Origin: a virus
Virus record (IMG/VR): IMGVR_UViG_3300042460_000724
Coordinates: 32,001-96,000 of that record
Length of the DNA stretch: 64,000 bases
Direction: 5' to 3' (one strand)
The translations under genes were made by a program, and so were the position numbers. The notes beneath the pieces are model-generated. The model was not told where the DNA came from, ran no database searches, and saw nothing but the letters and a program-made list of their open reading frames with translations. Of this stretch, positions 36,599 to 47,500 are shown piece by piece (position 1 is the stretch's first letter; each line of letters starts with the position of its first letter).

Positions 36599-39495
36599 CT
36601 TTTTTTGAGAGCGTCTATATCCTCTTGCTGTTTTTTAACAGCCTCGATTAAGAATGCTATAATGGGTATATAGTTAACAGCTTTTTTACCTTGACTATTA
36701 GTACTTACTAACTCTGGTAATATTTTTTCAACCATTTGCGCCATTAAACCATATGATTTTTTCTTACTGTCTGTCCAATTGAAACCCATACCAAACAACT
36801 GTGACAATATTGACATTGGATCTGTGATTGATTGAGGGTTCTCTTTTAGTGTTGCGTCAGACAATGTGTTTAAATCCTGTACAGTTAATTGTCCTGTACT
36901 TGGAATAAACTGTAGTTTAGTTGTTGTTATACCAGCAGTTAATAACCCACCAGAAGTACTTGTTGCATATACAGGGTAAAAAGTTGAACCAGAACTTGTA
37001 TTATCAGTGATTATTGGAGTGGCTTGGGCCCAAGTTACATTTCCAGAACCATTTGTCTGTAAAAATTGATTAGCGGTCCCGTTAGCAATACGTAAGTTAG
37101 CTACTGCACCCAAGTTAATATTGCTTGAGTTTTGAAACTCAACTGTTGTCACGTTTGCAAAGTTAGCTACATTAGCAGTAAAGCTAATATTAGCCGTTGC
37201 ATTGCTTACTGTTAAACCAGTTAGTGTACCAACACTTGTAATGTTTGGTTGACTTGATGCCCCTGATACAATTGTACCATAGAAGTAATTAGCACTAATA
37301 TAGTTAGCACCAATAATGTTACCGCCTGCGCCCGCACCAGCAATAATATTACCTGTAATATTAGCATTGCCTGCAACGTTTGCACCAGTGCTTGTAACAA
37401 TCAATACATTAGCATTACCGCCAACGCCAACTGTTACATTTCCGTTAGCAGCCGGTATGCTTATGTTACTATTGCCATTACTGAATACACCTGTAAAATA
37501 ATTTGCACTAATTAAGTTAGCACCTGTAATACTACCACCAGTACCAGATCCTGCACTAAGATTGCTAACTGCTACGTTACCGCTATAGTTTGCTGTATTA
37601 CCAGTTAATAATCCCGACACAGTTAAACTTGATAATGTACCAACACTTGTAATATTTGGTTGTGAGGCTGTTGTTAATGTACCAGTAAATGTATTAGCAC
37701 TAATATCATTAGCTCCGGATATATTGCTGCCTGTTAATGTTACATTACTACCAAATGCTACGTTGCCTGTAATATTAGCAGTACCATTAATATTTGCACC
37801 CGTGCTAGTTACAACTACAATGTTTGCGTTACCACCTACACTTGTAGTTACATTTCCACCGGCTGTCGCAATGTCAACAATACTTGTACCGTTACTAATA
37901 TATGCGGCGCCGCCACCGCCGCCAGCAGGAACCCAACTTAAGTTACCAGCACCGTCTGTTTGTAATACATAGCCATTAGTACCGCCCGTAATACGTACAT
38001 TAGCAACTGTACCTAACGATACATTAGCACCGCTTAGTGCTACATTACCGGTAGTATTTAATGTACCGGCAACATTAACACCGGTGCCAGTAATTACCAT
38101 AATTGTATTGCCAACTGCAGTAAAATTAATATTACCATTTGCTGTAGGTATATTTACAGTACTATTACCATTTGCAATATTACTTCCGCCACCTCCTCCG
38201 GATTGTGCTACCCAACTTAATGTCCCTGAGCCATCTGTTTGTAATACATAACCACTAGTACCACCCGAGATATGCAAATTACTAACTGCGCCCAATGTTA
38301 CGTTAGCAGAGGTTGTAAAATCAACTATTCCTGTTGCGTTACTTACTGTTAAACCAGTCAACGAACCAACTGAAGTTATATTTGGTTGTGCCGCTGTTGT
38401 CAATGAACCAGATACTGTAGTAAAATAACCACCGGTAGCACCTATATTACCTGCGTTAGCATTACCCGTAGCATTTAATGTTCCTGCTACATTAGTACCA
38501 GTGCCAGTTACAATCATAATGTTTGCGTTACCGACTGCGCTAAATGTTATATTCCCGTTAGCAGAGGGAATATTTACATTACTATTGCCATTTGACATAC
38601 TTGCCGGGGTCACATCAACACCCGTTAAGAAAGCACCATTACCAATGAAGTATGGAGCATTAACATTACCAGTAATATTTGCATAGCCTGCAACGTTAAC
38701 ACCTGTACCGGTAATTTTCATTATATTAGCATTGCCAACCGCATTGAATGTGATATTCCCGTTAGCGGTTGGAATATTTACATTACTATTGCCATTTGAA
38801 ATATTAGCTGGGTTTGTGTCTACACCGGTTAAGAATGCACCATTACCGATGAAGTACGGGGCATTAATGTTACCAGTGACATTTGCATAGCCTGCAACGT
38901 TAACACCGGTACTCGTTACAACCATAATGTTTGCGGTACCGGCTACACTAGTAGTTACATTTCCACCTGAGGTTGCAATAGTTAAATTACTTGTTCCATT
39001 GACCACTCTACCGGCAGCATCTATTCCGGTCAACTGACTACCATTACCAATAAAGTAATTACCGGATATATTACCGGCAACATTAATACCGACACCAGTA
39101 ATAACCATTGTTGTGTTACCGGCAGCTGTTAGGTTAATATTTCCATTTGCACTTGGGATATTTACGTTACTATTGCCATTTGAGTGTGGTCCTAATATAT
39201 TACCAAATGAACCATTACCTGTTACGGTTACACTATATAATGTACCTAGTGAAGTAATATTTGGTTGTGCATTTGTATATACTGTACCTGAAATTAGAGC
39301 ATTACCTACTTGTCCAGAGATGTTACCGGCTGGTAAACTTGTTAGATTTGCACCTGATCCGCTGAAGAAATTAGCTATTGCTAGATTACCCAAATTAGCG
39401 TTTAATGAAGATAGGTTACCCGTAGCATTTACGTTATTGAACGTAAAATTTTCTGTTGAATCTATGACGTACGGTTCTATCTGTATTAAAGCCAT
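36595..39495 (-). CDS. Asn/Gly/Thr-rich fibre with C-terminal intramolecular chaperone (peptidase S74)
   Basis: 'LSDATLKEN', 'YGLMAQMVEKILPELV', 'VNY...LIEAVKKQQ'. Confidence 0.85.
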   Translation of the reverse strand: MALIQIEPYVIDSTENFTFNNVNATGNLSSLNANLGNLAIANFFSGSGANLTSLPAGNISGQVGNALISGTVYTNAQPNITSLGTLYSVTVTGNGSFGNILGPHSNGNSNVNIPSANGNINLTAAGNTTMVITGVGINVAGNISGNYFIGNGSQLTGIDAAGRVVNGTSNLTIATSGGNVTTSVAGTANIMVVTSTGVNVAGYANVTGNINAPYFIGNGAFLTGVDTNPANISNGNSNVNIPTANGNITFNAVGNANIMKITGTGVNVAGYANITGNVNAPYFIGNGAFLTGVDVTPASMSNGNSNVNIPSANGNITFSAVGNANIMIVTGTGTNVAGTLNATGNANAGNIGATGGYFTTVSGSLTTAAQPNITSVGSLTGLTVSNATGIVDFTTSANVTLGAVSNLHISGGTSGYVLQTDGSGTLSWVAQSGGGGGSNIANGNSTVNIPTANGNINFTAVGNTIMVITGTGVNVAGTLNTTGNVALSGANVSLGTVANVRITGGTNGYVLQTDGAGNLSWVPAGGGGGAAYISNGTSIVDIATAGGNVTTSVGGNANIVVVTSTGANINGTANITGNVAFGSNVTLTGSNISGANDISANTFTGTLTTASQPNITSVGTLSSLTVSGLLTGNTANYSGNVAVSNLSAGSGTGGSITGANLISANYFTGVFSNGNSNISIPAANGNVTVGVGGNANVLIVTSTGANVAGNANITGNIIAGAGAGGNIIGANYISANYFYGTIVSGASSQPNITSVGTLTGLTVSNATANISFTANVANFANVTTVEFQNSSNINLGAVANLRIANGTANQFLQTNGSGNVTWAQATPIITDNTSSGSTFYPVYATSTSGGLLTAGITTTKLQFIPSTGQLTVQDLNTLSDATLKENPQSITDPMSILSQLFGMGFNWTDSKKKSYGLMAQMVEKILPELVSTNSQGKKAVNYIPIIAFLIEAVKKQQEDIDALKKR

Positions 39496-39514
39496 CTTTT
39501 ATCCTGTTATACTA

Positions 39515-39520
39515 TATTTA
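39515..39520 (-). promoter_or_regulatory. Late promoter-like TAAATA
   Basis: CTAAATA 20 nt upstream of ATG 39495. Confidence 0.55.
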
Positions 39521-39548
39521 GTCTTTTTATTCATGGTATGTTATCTGT

Positions 39549-42500
39549 TTAATATATCGGGAATGCACTTGTTGGTGGTGTGAAGTTACTTGTATAACGA
39601 GCATAACCTTTTGTTATTCTTAAATCGTCTATGTAGCCAGTGTAATAAAAATTACCGCCTACCATTTCATACCCAACTACTGCACCATTTTGAATAAAGC
39701 TGGTACTATTAGTTGTTGATCCATTTAAAATCCCGTTTTGATAGATTGCCAGTGTAGTTCCGGATCGAACAACAGCAATGTGTGTCCAAGTGGTAAGAGA
39801 TATTGCGTTAGTTGCTAATAAAAGTTGAGTAGTTTCATTGGTTACTCTTACTTTATTTGCATTACTAATTTGTATATGAAGGGCGTCTCCTGTACCAGTT
39901 GTTGATGAAATAAACATTGCGCCAAAATTTTGATTTGTTGTAAGGTATAGCCAACCTTCAATTGTAAAATCTCCAGTGCCAAAAGCATATAGTGGATTTG
40001 ATCGTAAACTTAAATAATCCCCGGTACCATCAAAATACATACTACTCCCACCGAATTTACTTATTGCTGTACTTAGTTGTGCATTACCAACTGTTTCCAT
40101 GTTATTCATCATTGCGGCATCGTATATACCAGCACTGGTCATATTAGTTAGTAGACTTGTGTTTTGTACTGCGGTTAAGGGTGCAGATGGTGGTACAAAG
40201 TTACTGGTGTAAACTGCTGTACCCCTAACAATTCTTACATCTGACATATAACCTAAGGTAAAACCGCTACTACCGCCTCTTGAACCTATATATACTGGTC
40301 TTGTAGCATCTCCTAATGTTCCGGAGAAAGTTAATGGAGTACCCACTGATACTCCGTCAATGTATAATGAGCAAGTTGTCCCCGATCTAACTGCGGCAAC
40401 ATGGTACCATCTATTTGCAACTGGAGTGGGCCCATTAACATATGATGCAGCACTACTCGGATAATATTGAAATGACGGGGCTATAAGAATAGTCCAATCA
40501 GGAGCCGCACTTGATACATAATTTGCAACTAAATCCTGTACACCAGCAACACTTGTAAAATATATCCAAAATTCTATAGTATAATTACCTGTGAATTGAA
40601 ATGCTGGATTTGCAGGTACACTCAAAGTATCTCCAGTACCATCAAAGTACCCACTACCGCCTATTGTACTAACCGTATAGCCATTTGTAGTTGCACTAGT
40701 AAACCCGAATGGATTTTGTTGAGTTGGTTGACTATTACCAAATGCAGTGATTGTAAAGTTGTTTGTACTGTTATCTATAAATGTAGGTGATTGACATGTC
40801 AATAAACTTGTATTGGCAATTGCAGTTAGTGGACTTGTTGGAGGAGTAAATGCACCTGTGTATACTGCGGTACCTTTAACAATACGAATGTTTGACAAAT
40901 AGCCAATGATTGGATATACAGCATCAACTGTAAGACCAATTCGTAATGACCCAGTTGGACTTATGTTTGTTGAATTTGTAGTGCTTAATCCACTTACACC
41001 ATTTACATAGATAGATAAATTTGTTCCAGATCTAACTATAGCAACATGATTCCAAGCATTAATATTTATAGCAATACTGCTGGTTAAATCTGAGGTAATT
41101 AAAATATAAGGTTGATTACTAGAGTTAATAAGACATGCCCATGGACTTGCTGTTCCTGATGTTCTAGTATCCAAAACTGTTCTATAACTTCCGGATACTG
41201 TTTGATAAATCCAATATTCAATTGTAAAATCACCAGTACCAAATTGATATGCCGCGTTTGCAGGAGCAGTTAAATAATCCCCACTACCATCAAAATAACC
41301 ACTATAACTTGTTGGGGTCAATGATGATGGATTGAATGGTGAGAAACGCTGTACCGAAACATCACCGTTCTTTGTGATAGTAAAGTTGTTTATACTAGTA
41401 TCTATTATACGATTACTTTGGCAGGTTAATAAACTTGTATTTGTGATAGGTGTTAGTGGTGTTGTGCTGGGTGTAAATGTAGTTGTATATAGTATTGATT
41501 TGGTAACTCTAAAGTTACTGATATAACCATTAAATGAGCCATCACCGCCGGCATTGATTGTGCCTATGTCAAAATTTGAACCAGCAGAATATCCACCGGC
41601 ATATGTCCCGGAAGCATTTAAAGTTCCGTTAATAAAAACTTTGATATTGCCGCTACTGAATGTGCAAGCAAAATGTTGCCATTGATTTGCTGTAACTGTA
41701 AATGTGGGATTATCACTGCCAGCCACTTTGCCAATTCTATTAGCAGGCCAGTTTCTCATAATGTCCCCTTCATTGGGCCCGCCATCAAATAACCCAATTA
41801 CTGTGCTAGATAAAGGATATATCCAACATTCAATGGTAACATCACCGCTAGCAGTTAAAACCCCTGCTCCTGCTTTTCTTATATAATCACTAGCACCATC
41901 AAAGTAGTTACTCCAGTTACCACCATAAGGACTAAATGTACCTTGAGTAGTATTACCCGCTCTTGTTACTAAAAAGTTATTTGTACTGTTATCTAAGAAA
42001 ACACTATTATTTACTGATTGATTGTTTTGTAATACTAATAAACTTGTATTTGCTATTGCTGTTAATGGAGCAGAGGGTGGAGTGAAATCTGTAGTATAAA
42101 CACCTGTGCCTATTACAAACCTCATATCTGATAGATATCCAACAATACCGCCTGACCCACTGGAACTAACGCCTATATAAACTGCTGAAGCATTGTATGT
42201 TCCTGTACTTGCCGACGAGTACCCAGAAACACCATTAATAAACATTTTTAATGTTCCTGCGGTACGACTGATAGCAACATGATTCCAGGTATTAACAGTA
42301 ACTGTATTTGTTGTAGCAATATCAACCGGTAAATAAAAATGAACTGTGCCGTTGGCGGCAATATATATCTGCCCAAATATTGCAGTAACACTTGATCTGA
42401 AATCAATAATCGCTGGCGTATTGGCCAATGTTGTTGGATATACCCAAAAGTCAATAGTAAAAGCACCTGTACCAAATTGTGCTGAATTTATTGGTACATC

Positions 42501-44195
42501 TAGATAATCATTACCATCAAAGTATCCACTACCATATGTACTATAGCTACTGTTTGGTACAAAGGGATCAAATGAACTTATTAATGTATTGCCTACAACT
42601 GTCAAAGTTTTTGGTGAAGAACTATTGTCAACAAAGGTATTTGATTGACAAGTCAATAATATTGTCCCACTGATCGCAGTCAATGGTGTGGTTGATGGTG
42701 TGAACGCTGATGTGTAAACAGCAGTACCATTTACAATACGCAAATTAGAAATGTTGCCTAAATATTCTACACCTGTGCCGCTGTTATATAGTTCATAACC
42801 GATGTAAGAAGCAGTACCACCAATGCTTATTGCACTAGTAGATGTACCTTGAACTACACCATTTACATAACCGGTTATAGTACTACCCGAGCGCACAAAT
42901 GCAACATGAGTCCATGAGTTAGCAACAACGCTTGTTCCTGTTCCAGTAAAAATTGCAGTATTACTTGCAAATAAATATAATTTTCCTGAAGTGTTTATTG
43001 CAAAGAGCCCGCCCGGACTGAATCTATCATCTCCCATGCATACAATTGGTCTTGTTGTTGCTAGGCTTCCAATATAAACCCATGCTTCTAATGTGAAATC
43101 ACCAGTAAGACTAAAGTTTGAACCTGATAAAACAATTCTGTCTCCACTACCATCAAAGTAGTTGGAATAATAACCCGGTGTATATGGATTAAAACTATTT
43201 GGCTTAGTGTCACCATTAATAGTCACCGCAAAGTTATTTGTACTAGCATCATCTACAAATGTTGTACTTGCACCCGGTATCAATAATGTGTTGTACTCAA
43301 AGTAAGGATCATTCGCTACTGTAATACTCCAATTGATAGTTCTTACGGCACTACGATTTGTTGTTGCAGCCGTAGCTGTTAACAATGTACTACTATCGGC
43401 AATAACAGTTGGTGTACCTGCTATATTAGAACCAGTTAAACTCAATCCAGTCGGCAATGCATTTGCACTATATGTAACATTATAACCAGCGGCATCAGTA
43501 GCACTTAATGTTACATTGGCTATAGCACTATCTACAGCACTTGTATATGTTGTATTATTTGCTGGACTAACCCAAGTAACAGCATCAACATTGATTGTTA
43601 AACTAAAACTTCTTGTACTATCTTGTAATTGTGCATCAGTTGCTTGTATCGTAAATGAATATGTTGTACTACTGCTATCAACAGGAGCTGTGCCAGTTAT
43701 GACACCGTTAGCATATAATGTAGAACCAGTCGGTAATGATCCAGAATATAATGAATACGTGATTGGTGCATCACCTGAAGCTATAACAGTATTTGATATA
43801 CTTGTTGTTTCATAATAACTGCCTAATGTACCAGCACTTGTTGTCCATGTTGGTAATACACTATAGATAATACCGGGAATATATATTGCTGTACCACCGT
43901 CTGGGTTTACAACATAGATTGTATATGTGCCTGCACTTTTTGCAGGACTTGTAAAAGTTAAACGATTAGCACTACTAAATGTTACTACTGCTACTGCACT
44001 ACCATCAAATGTAATAGTTGCACCAGCTAAAAAGCCAGTACCATTAATCTGTACTGTTTGTCCGCCGGCTGGATCTAATGCTGTGTCATCTAACCCACCA
44101 ACACTATATCCAGAGATAGTTGGCGGTAAAGGTTTTTGTGCGTTAACAAAACTTACACTGGTTACGGTGTCATTGATAACTGAGGTTATACTCAT
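39549..44195 (-). CDS. IPT/TIG + Ig-like + six LamG/ConA-like domains; probable receptor-binding protein
   Basis: 'GGQTVQINGTGF..GA', 'LPTGLSL', six 'YFDG..DY...FT.E.W...W.H.A..R' units. Confidence 0.82.
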   Translation of the reverse strand: MSITSVINDTVTSVSFVNAQKPLPPTISGYSVGGLDDTALDPAGGQTVQINGTGFLAGATITFDGSAVAVVTFSSANRLTFTSPAKSAGTYTIYVVNPDGGTAIYIPGIIYSVLPTWTTSAGTLGSYYETTSISNTVIASGDAPITYSLYSGSLPTGSTLYANGVITGTAPVDSSSTTYSFTIQATDAQLQDSTRSFSLTINVDAVTWVSPANNTTYTSAVDSAIANVTLSATDAAGYNVTYSANALPTGLSLTGSNIAGTPTVIADSSTLLTATAATTNRSAVRTINWSITVANDPYFEYNTLLIPGASTTFVDDASTNNFAVTINGDTKPNSFNPYTPGYYSNYFDGSGDRIVLSGSNFSLTGDFTLEAWVYIGSLATTRPIVCMGDDRFSPGGLFAINTSGKLYLFASNTAIFTGTGTSVVANSWTHVAFVRSGSTITGYVNGVVQGTSTSAISIGGTASYIGYELYNSGTGVEYLGNISNLRIVNGTAVYTSAFTPSTTPLTAISGTILLTCQSNTFVDNSSSPKTLTVVGNTLISSFDPFVPNSSYSTYGSGYFDGNDYLDVPINSAQFGTGAFTIDFWVYPTTLANTPAIIDFRSSVTAIFGQIYIAANGTVHFYLPVDIATTNTVTVNTWNHVAISRTAGTLKMFINGVSGYSSASTGTYNASAVYIGVSSSGSGGIVGYLSDMRFVIGTGVYTTDFTPPSAPLTAIANTSLLVLQNNQSVNNSVFLDNSTNNFLVTRAGNTTQGTFSPYGGNWSNYFDGASDYIRKAGAGVLTASGDVTIECWIYPLSSTVIGLFDGGPNEGDIMRNWPANRIGKVAGSDNPTFTVTANQWQHFACTFSSGNIKVFINGTLNASGTYAGGYSAGSNFDIGTINAGGDGSFNGYISNFRVTKSILYTTTFTPSTTPLTPITNTSLLTCQSNRIIDTSINNFTITKNGDVSVQRFSPFNPSSLTPTSYSGYFDGSGDYLTAPANAAYQFGTGDFTIEYWIYQTVSGSYRTVLDTRTSGTASPWACLINSSNQPYILITSDLTSSIAININAWNHVAIVRSGTNLSIYVNGVSGLSTTNSTNISPTGSLRIGLTVDAVYPIIGYLSNIRIVKGTAVYTGAFTPPTSPLTAIANTSLLTCQSPTFIDNSTNNFTITAFGNSQPTQQNPFGFTSATTNGYTVSTIGGSGYFDGTGDTLSVPANPAFQFTGNYTIEFWIYFTSVAGVQDLVANYVSSAAPDWTILIAPSFQYYPSSAASYVNGPTPVANRWYHVAAVRSGTTCSLYIDGVSVGTPLTFSGTLGDATRPVYIGSRGGSSGFTLGYMSDVRIVRGTAVYTSNFVPPSAPLTAVQNTSLLTNMTSAGIYDAAMMNNMETVGNAQLSTAISKFGGSSMYFDGTGDYLSLRSNPLYAFGTGDFTIEGWLYLTTNQNFGAMFISSTTGTGDALHIQISNANKVRVTNETTQLLLATNAISLTTWTHIAVVRSGTTLAIYQNGILNGSTTNSTSFIQNGAVVGYEMVGGNFYYTGYIDDLRITKGYARYTSNFTPPTSAFPIY

Positions 44196-44521
44196 GTTAA
44201 TTCAGACCCAAATAAACTAAAACTTACAGTTGTTGTATTAGCTCTTACTGTTATTACATCTGTTGTAGCCAATGTAATACCAATAGTCATTGTAATACTA
44301 TCATTAGCATTTAAGTTACTATCGTATGAAATATATTGTGAAGCTCCAATTGATGCTCCGGCCGGTCTTACAGCAATACGAAATGTTGCGGCACTCGCTG
44401 CCTGATTACAAATTACGATTGTACTACATACTGCTGAAGTAGTTGCTGGTACTGTGTACAAATCTGTGTTTGTATTTGCTGCCGGGTTACTTTGCCCTAA
44501 AACTTTATATGTGATTGCCAT
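44192..44521 (-). CDS. Small all-beta adaptor protein
   Basis: 'MAITYKVLGQSNP...LYTVP...ICNQ...FSLFGSELT'; sits between shaft and LamG gene. Confidence 0.6.
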   Translation of the reverse strand: MAITYKVLGQSNPAANTNTDLYTVPATTSAVCSTIVICNQAASAATFRIAVRPAGASIGASQYISYDSNLNANDSITMTIGITLATTDVITVRANTTTVSFSLFGSELT

Positions 44522-44530
44522 GTTATTTCC

Positions 44531-47500
44531 TTATGCTCCCATTAACAAGAATGGACTTAATAAATCTTGCGCTGTTATTCCACCACCACCGCCACCGTTA
44601 CTAGAAGTAAATGTTGTTACTTCAATAGGTGCTGTATTTGCCGGTGCAGAACTAAACGTGATTATGTTACCTGTTAATGAATATACTGTTCTTGGCTGGA
44701 ACAAACCAGCAAGACTTACAAGTGTGCAATTTATGTTTGCCGGTGTAGTTGATAGGGTAAAACTTGTTTGTACCCCATTACCAGTAAAGTTATCTACACC
44801 GATACTTGTACTTGATCCTATTACCCAATTTAGATTGCCGGCGCCATCGGTGCTTAATACATATGTATTTGAACCACCGGTTATGTGTAAATTACTTACA
44901 TTTCCTAAACTTACATTAGCACCACTAAGTGCTACATTACCAGTAGTATTCAATGTACCGGCAACATTAACACCGGTACCGGTAATTACCATATTTGTAT
45001 TACCAACTGCAGTAAAATTGATATTGCCGTTTGCTGTTGGGATATTTACGTTACTGTTTCCATTACTAATACTACTTCCGCCGCCACCGCCCCCTGTTTG
45101 TGCTACCCAAGAAAGATTACCTGAACCATCTGTACTTAATACATATGCATTTGTACCACCTGATATGTGTAGGTTACCTACTGCGCCTAACGTGACGTTA
45201 GCTGTAGTTGTAAAATCAACTATACCGGTTGCATTGCTTATTGTTAAGCCAGTTAAACTGCCAACTGATGTAATATTTGGTTGTGCATTTGTATATACAG
45301 TACCTGAGATTAATGCATTAGCTACTTGACCAGAGACATTTGCACCTGCTACGCTATTAGCAGTTGATGCAAATGTTGCTAAATTAGCTGTTCCGTAGAG
45401 AGTACCAATAAAGAAATTAGCTGTTACTGCATTACCTAAGTTAGCATTACCAGATGTAATATTACCAGTAACTGCTAAACTTGTTAATGTACCAGTACTA
45501 GTAATATTTGGCTGTGCATTTGTATATACTGTGCCTGCTACTAATGCATTAGCTACTTGACCAGAGACATTACCGCCGGCTACACTGTTTGCAGTTGATG
45601 CAAATGTTGCTAAATTAGCTGTTCCGTAGAGAGTACCTACAAAGAAATTAGCTGTTACTGCATTACCTAAGTTAGCATTACCAGATGTAATATTACCGCT
45701 AGCAGTAAATGTATTAGCTGAAACAACATTTACATTGCTGATGTTACCACCACTACCCGTAGTTGATAAATTAGCTACTGTAGTATTACCACTTACATTT
45801 AATGTACCGGCAATATTTGCACCTGTGCCAGTTACAACTAATATATTGGCATTACCGGCTACGCTTGTGTTGACGTTTCCGTTTGCAGTTACCGTTACAT
45901 TACTATTCCCATTTACAATTGTATTACCTGCACTTACAATAATACCTGTTAATAAACTACCGTTACCACTAAAGAAATTAGCTGTTGCTAAGTTACCTAA
46001 GTTAGCATTACCGGCTGTTATGTTACCAGTTACTGCTAAACTTGTTAACGTACCAGTACTAGTAATATTTGGTTGTGCATTTGTATATACAGTACCTGAG
46101 ATTAATGCATTAGCTACTTGCCCAGAGACATTTGCACCCTGAATATTACTTAAATTATTTCCTGATCCAATAAAGAAATTAGCTGTAACAGCATTTCCTA
46201 AATTGGCGTTACCTGCAGTTATGTTGCCGGACGCAATGAATGTGTTTGCTGAGATGACATTAACATTAGATACATTACCACCCGAACCACTTGTGATTAA
46301 GTTCCCGACTGTTGTATTACCTGTTACATTTAATGTACCGGCTACATTAACGCCTGTGCCAGTTACAACTAATATGTTTGCATTACCGATTGCACTAAAG
46401 TTTATATTACCATTAGCACTTGGTATACTAATATTACTATTACCATTTGCTACACCAGAAGATGTAATTCCAGTTAAATAGATACCATTACCTGTAAAGA
46501 AATTAGCTGTGACTGTGTTGCCTAAATTAGCATTGCCAGATGTAATATTACCCGTAACTGATAAACTTGTTAACGTACCAGTACTAGTAATATTTGGTTG
46601 TGCATTAGTTGTTACTGTGCCGGCGGTAGTTGCTGTTATTGTTCCTGTTATATTTGCGGCAGCTACACTATTTGCTGTTGTAGCATAAGATACTGCTCCG
46701 GTTACATTAGCTCCGGCTATGGCATTTAATCCAGATCCATTACCAGTAAATACACCGGTATTAGCAGTGACGTTTGCGGCAGTTATATTACCATTTACTG
46801 ATAAACCTGTTAATGTTCCTAAACTTGTGATTTGTGTTTGACTAGCATTGACACTAAATGTAGTACCGGTTAATGTTAGACCAGTACCTGCTTGATATGT
46901 ACCAGCACCGGAAAACTGAGTGAATTCAATATTATTGCCAGGAGTACCAATTGCACTAATTGTGCTTGTTTGTACCCAACCGGTATTGTCATATAGTGTA
47001 CCACCTATACAGAATACAAAATCACCGGCTTCTACTTCCGGTACACTGTTGTAATCAGCGGCACGTGTAATAGCAGTAACATTACTCCAAGTATAGATAC
47101 CATTAAAAACTGCATTAGCTTCATTTTTTACTAAAATACGAGTACCACTAGTTTGTACATTTACTCCATCTATTAAGTTGAAAATACCAGTGGTAGTTAA
47201 AGTTGCACCTACACCACTAGAGCCGTTATTGTATGTTATCGTTCCACCAGTAATAGTTGCTAATGTATCTGGTGTTGCGGCTGCTACTGAATCGTGTACG
47301 TTTAGTCCTTGGGCAACGTCATCAACATATTGTTTTGTTGCGGCATCAGTACTTGCAACCGGTGTCGCAAGATTTGTAATATTGAAGCTGTTCATATTGA
47401 CGTTTGCGCCAAATGAACCTGATCCTGATACTGTTATACTAGTTAAAGTACCGGTACTTGTTATATTTGGCTGTGAGGCTGTCGTTAACGAACCACTTAA

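Noticed and set aside
39549-43320. Nested insertion of the LamG domains, like the RCC1 tree
   Set aside because: The 'LL' strand could belong to the preceding or following core; simple tandem order fits equally well, so it needs structure prediction.
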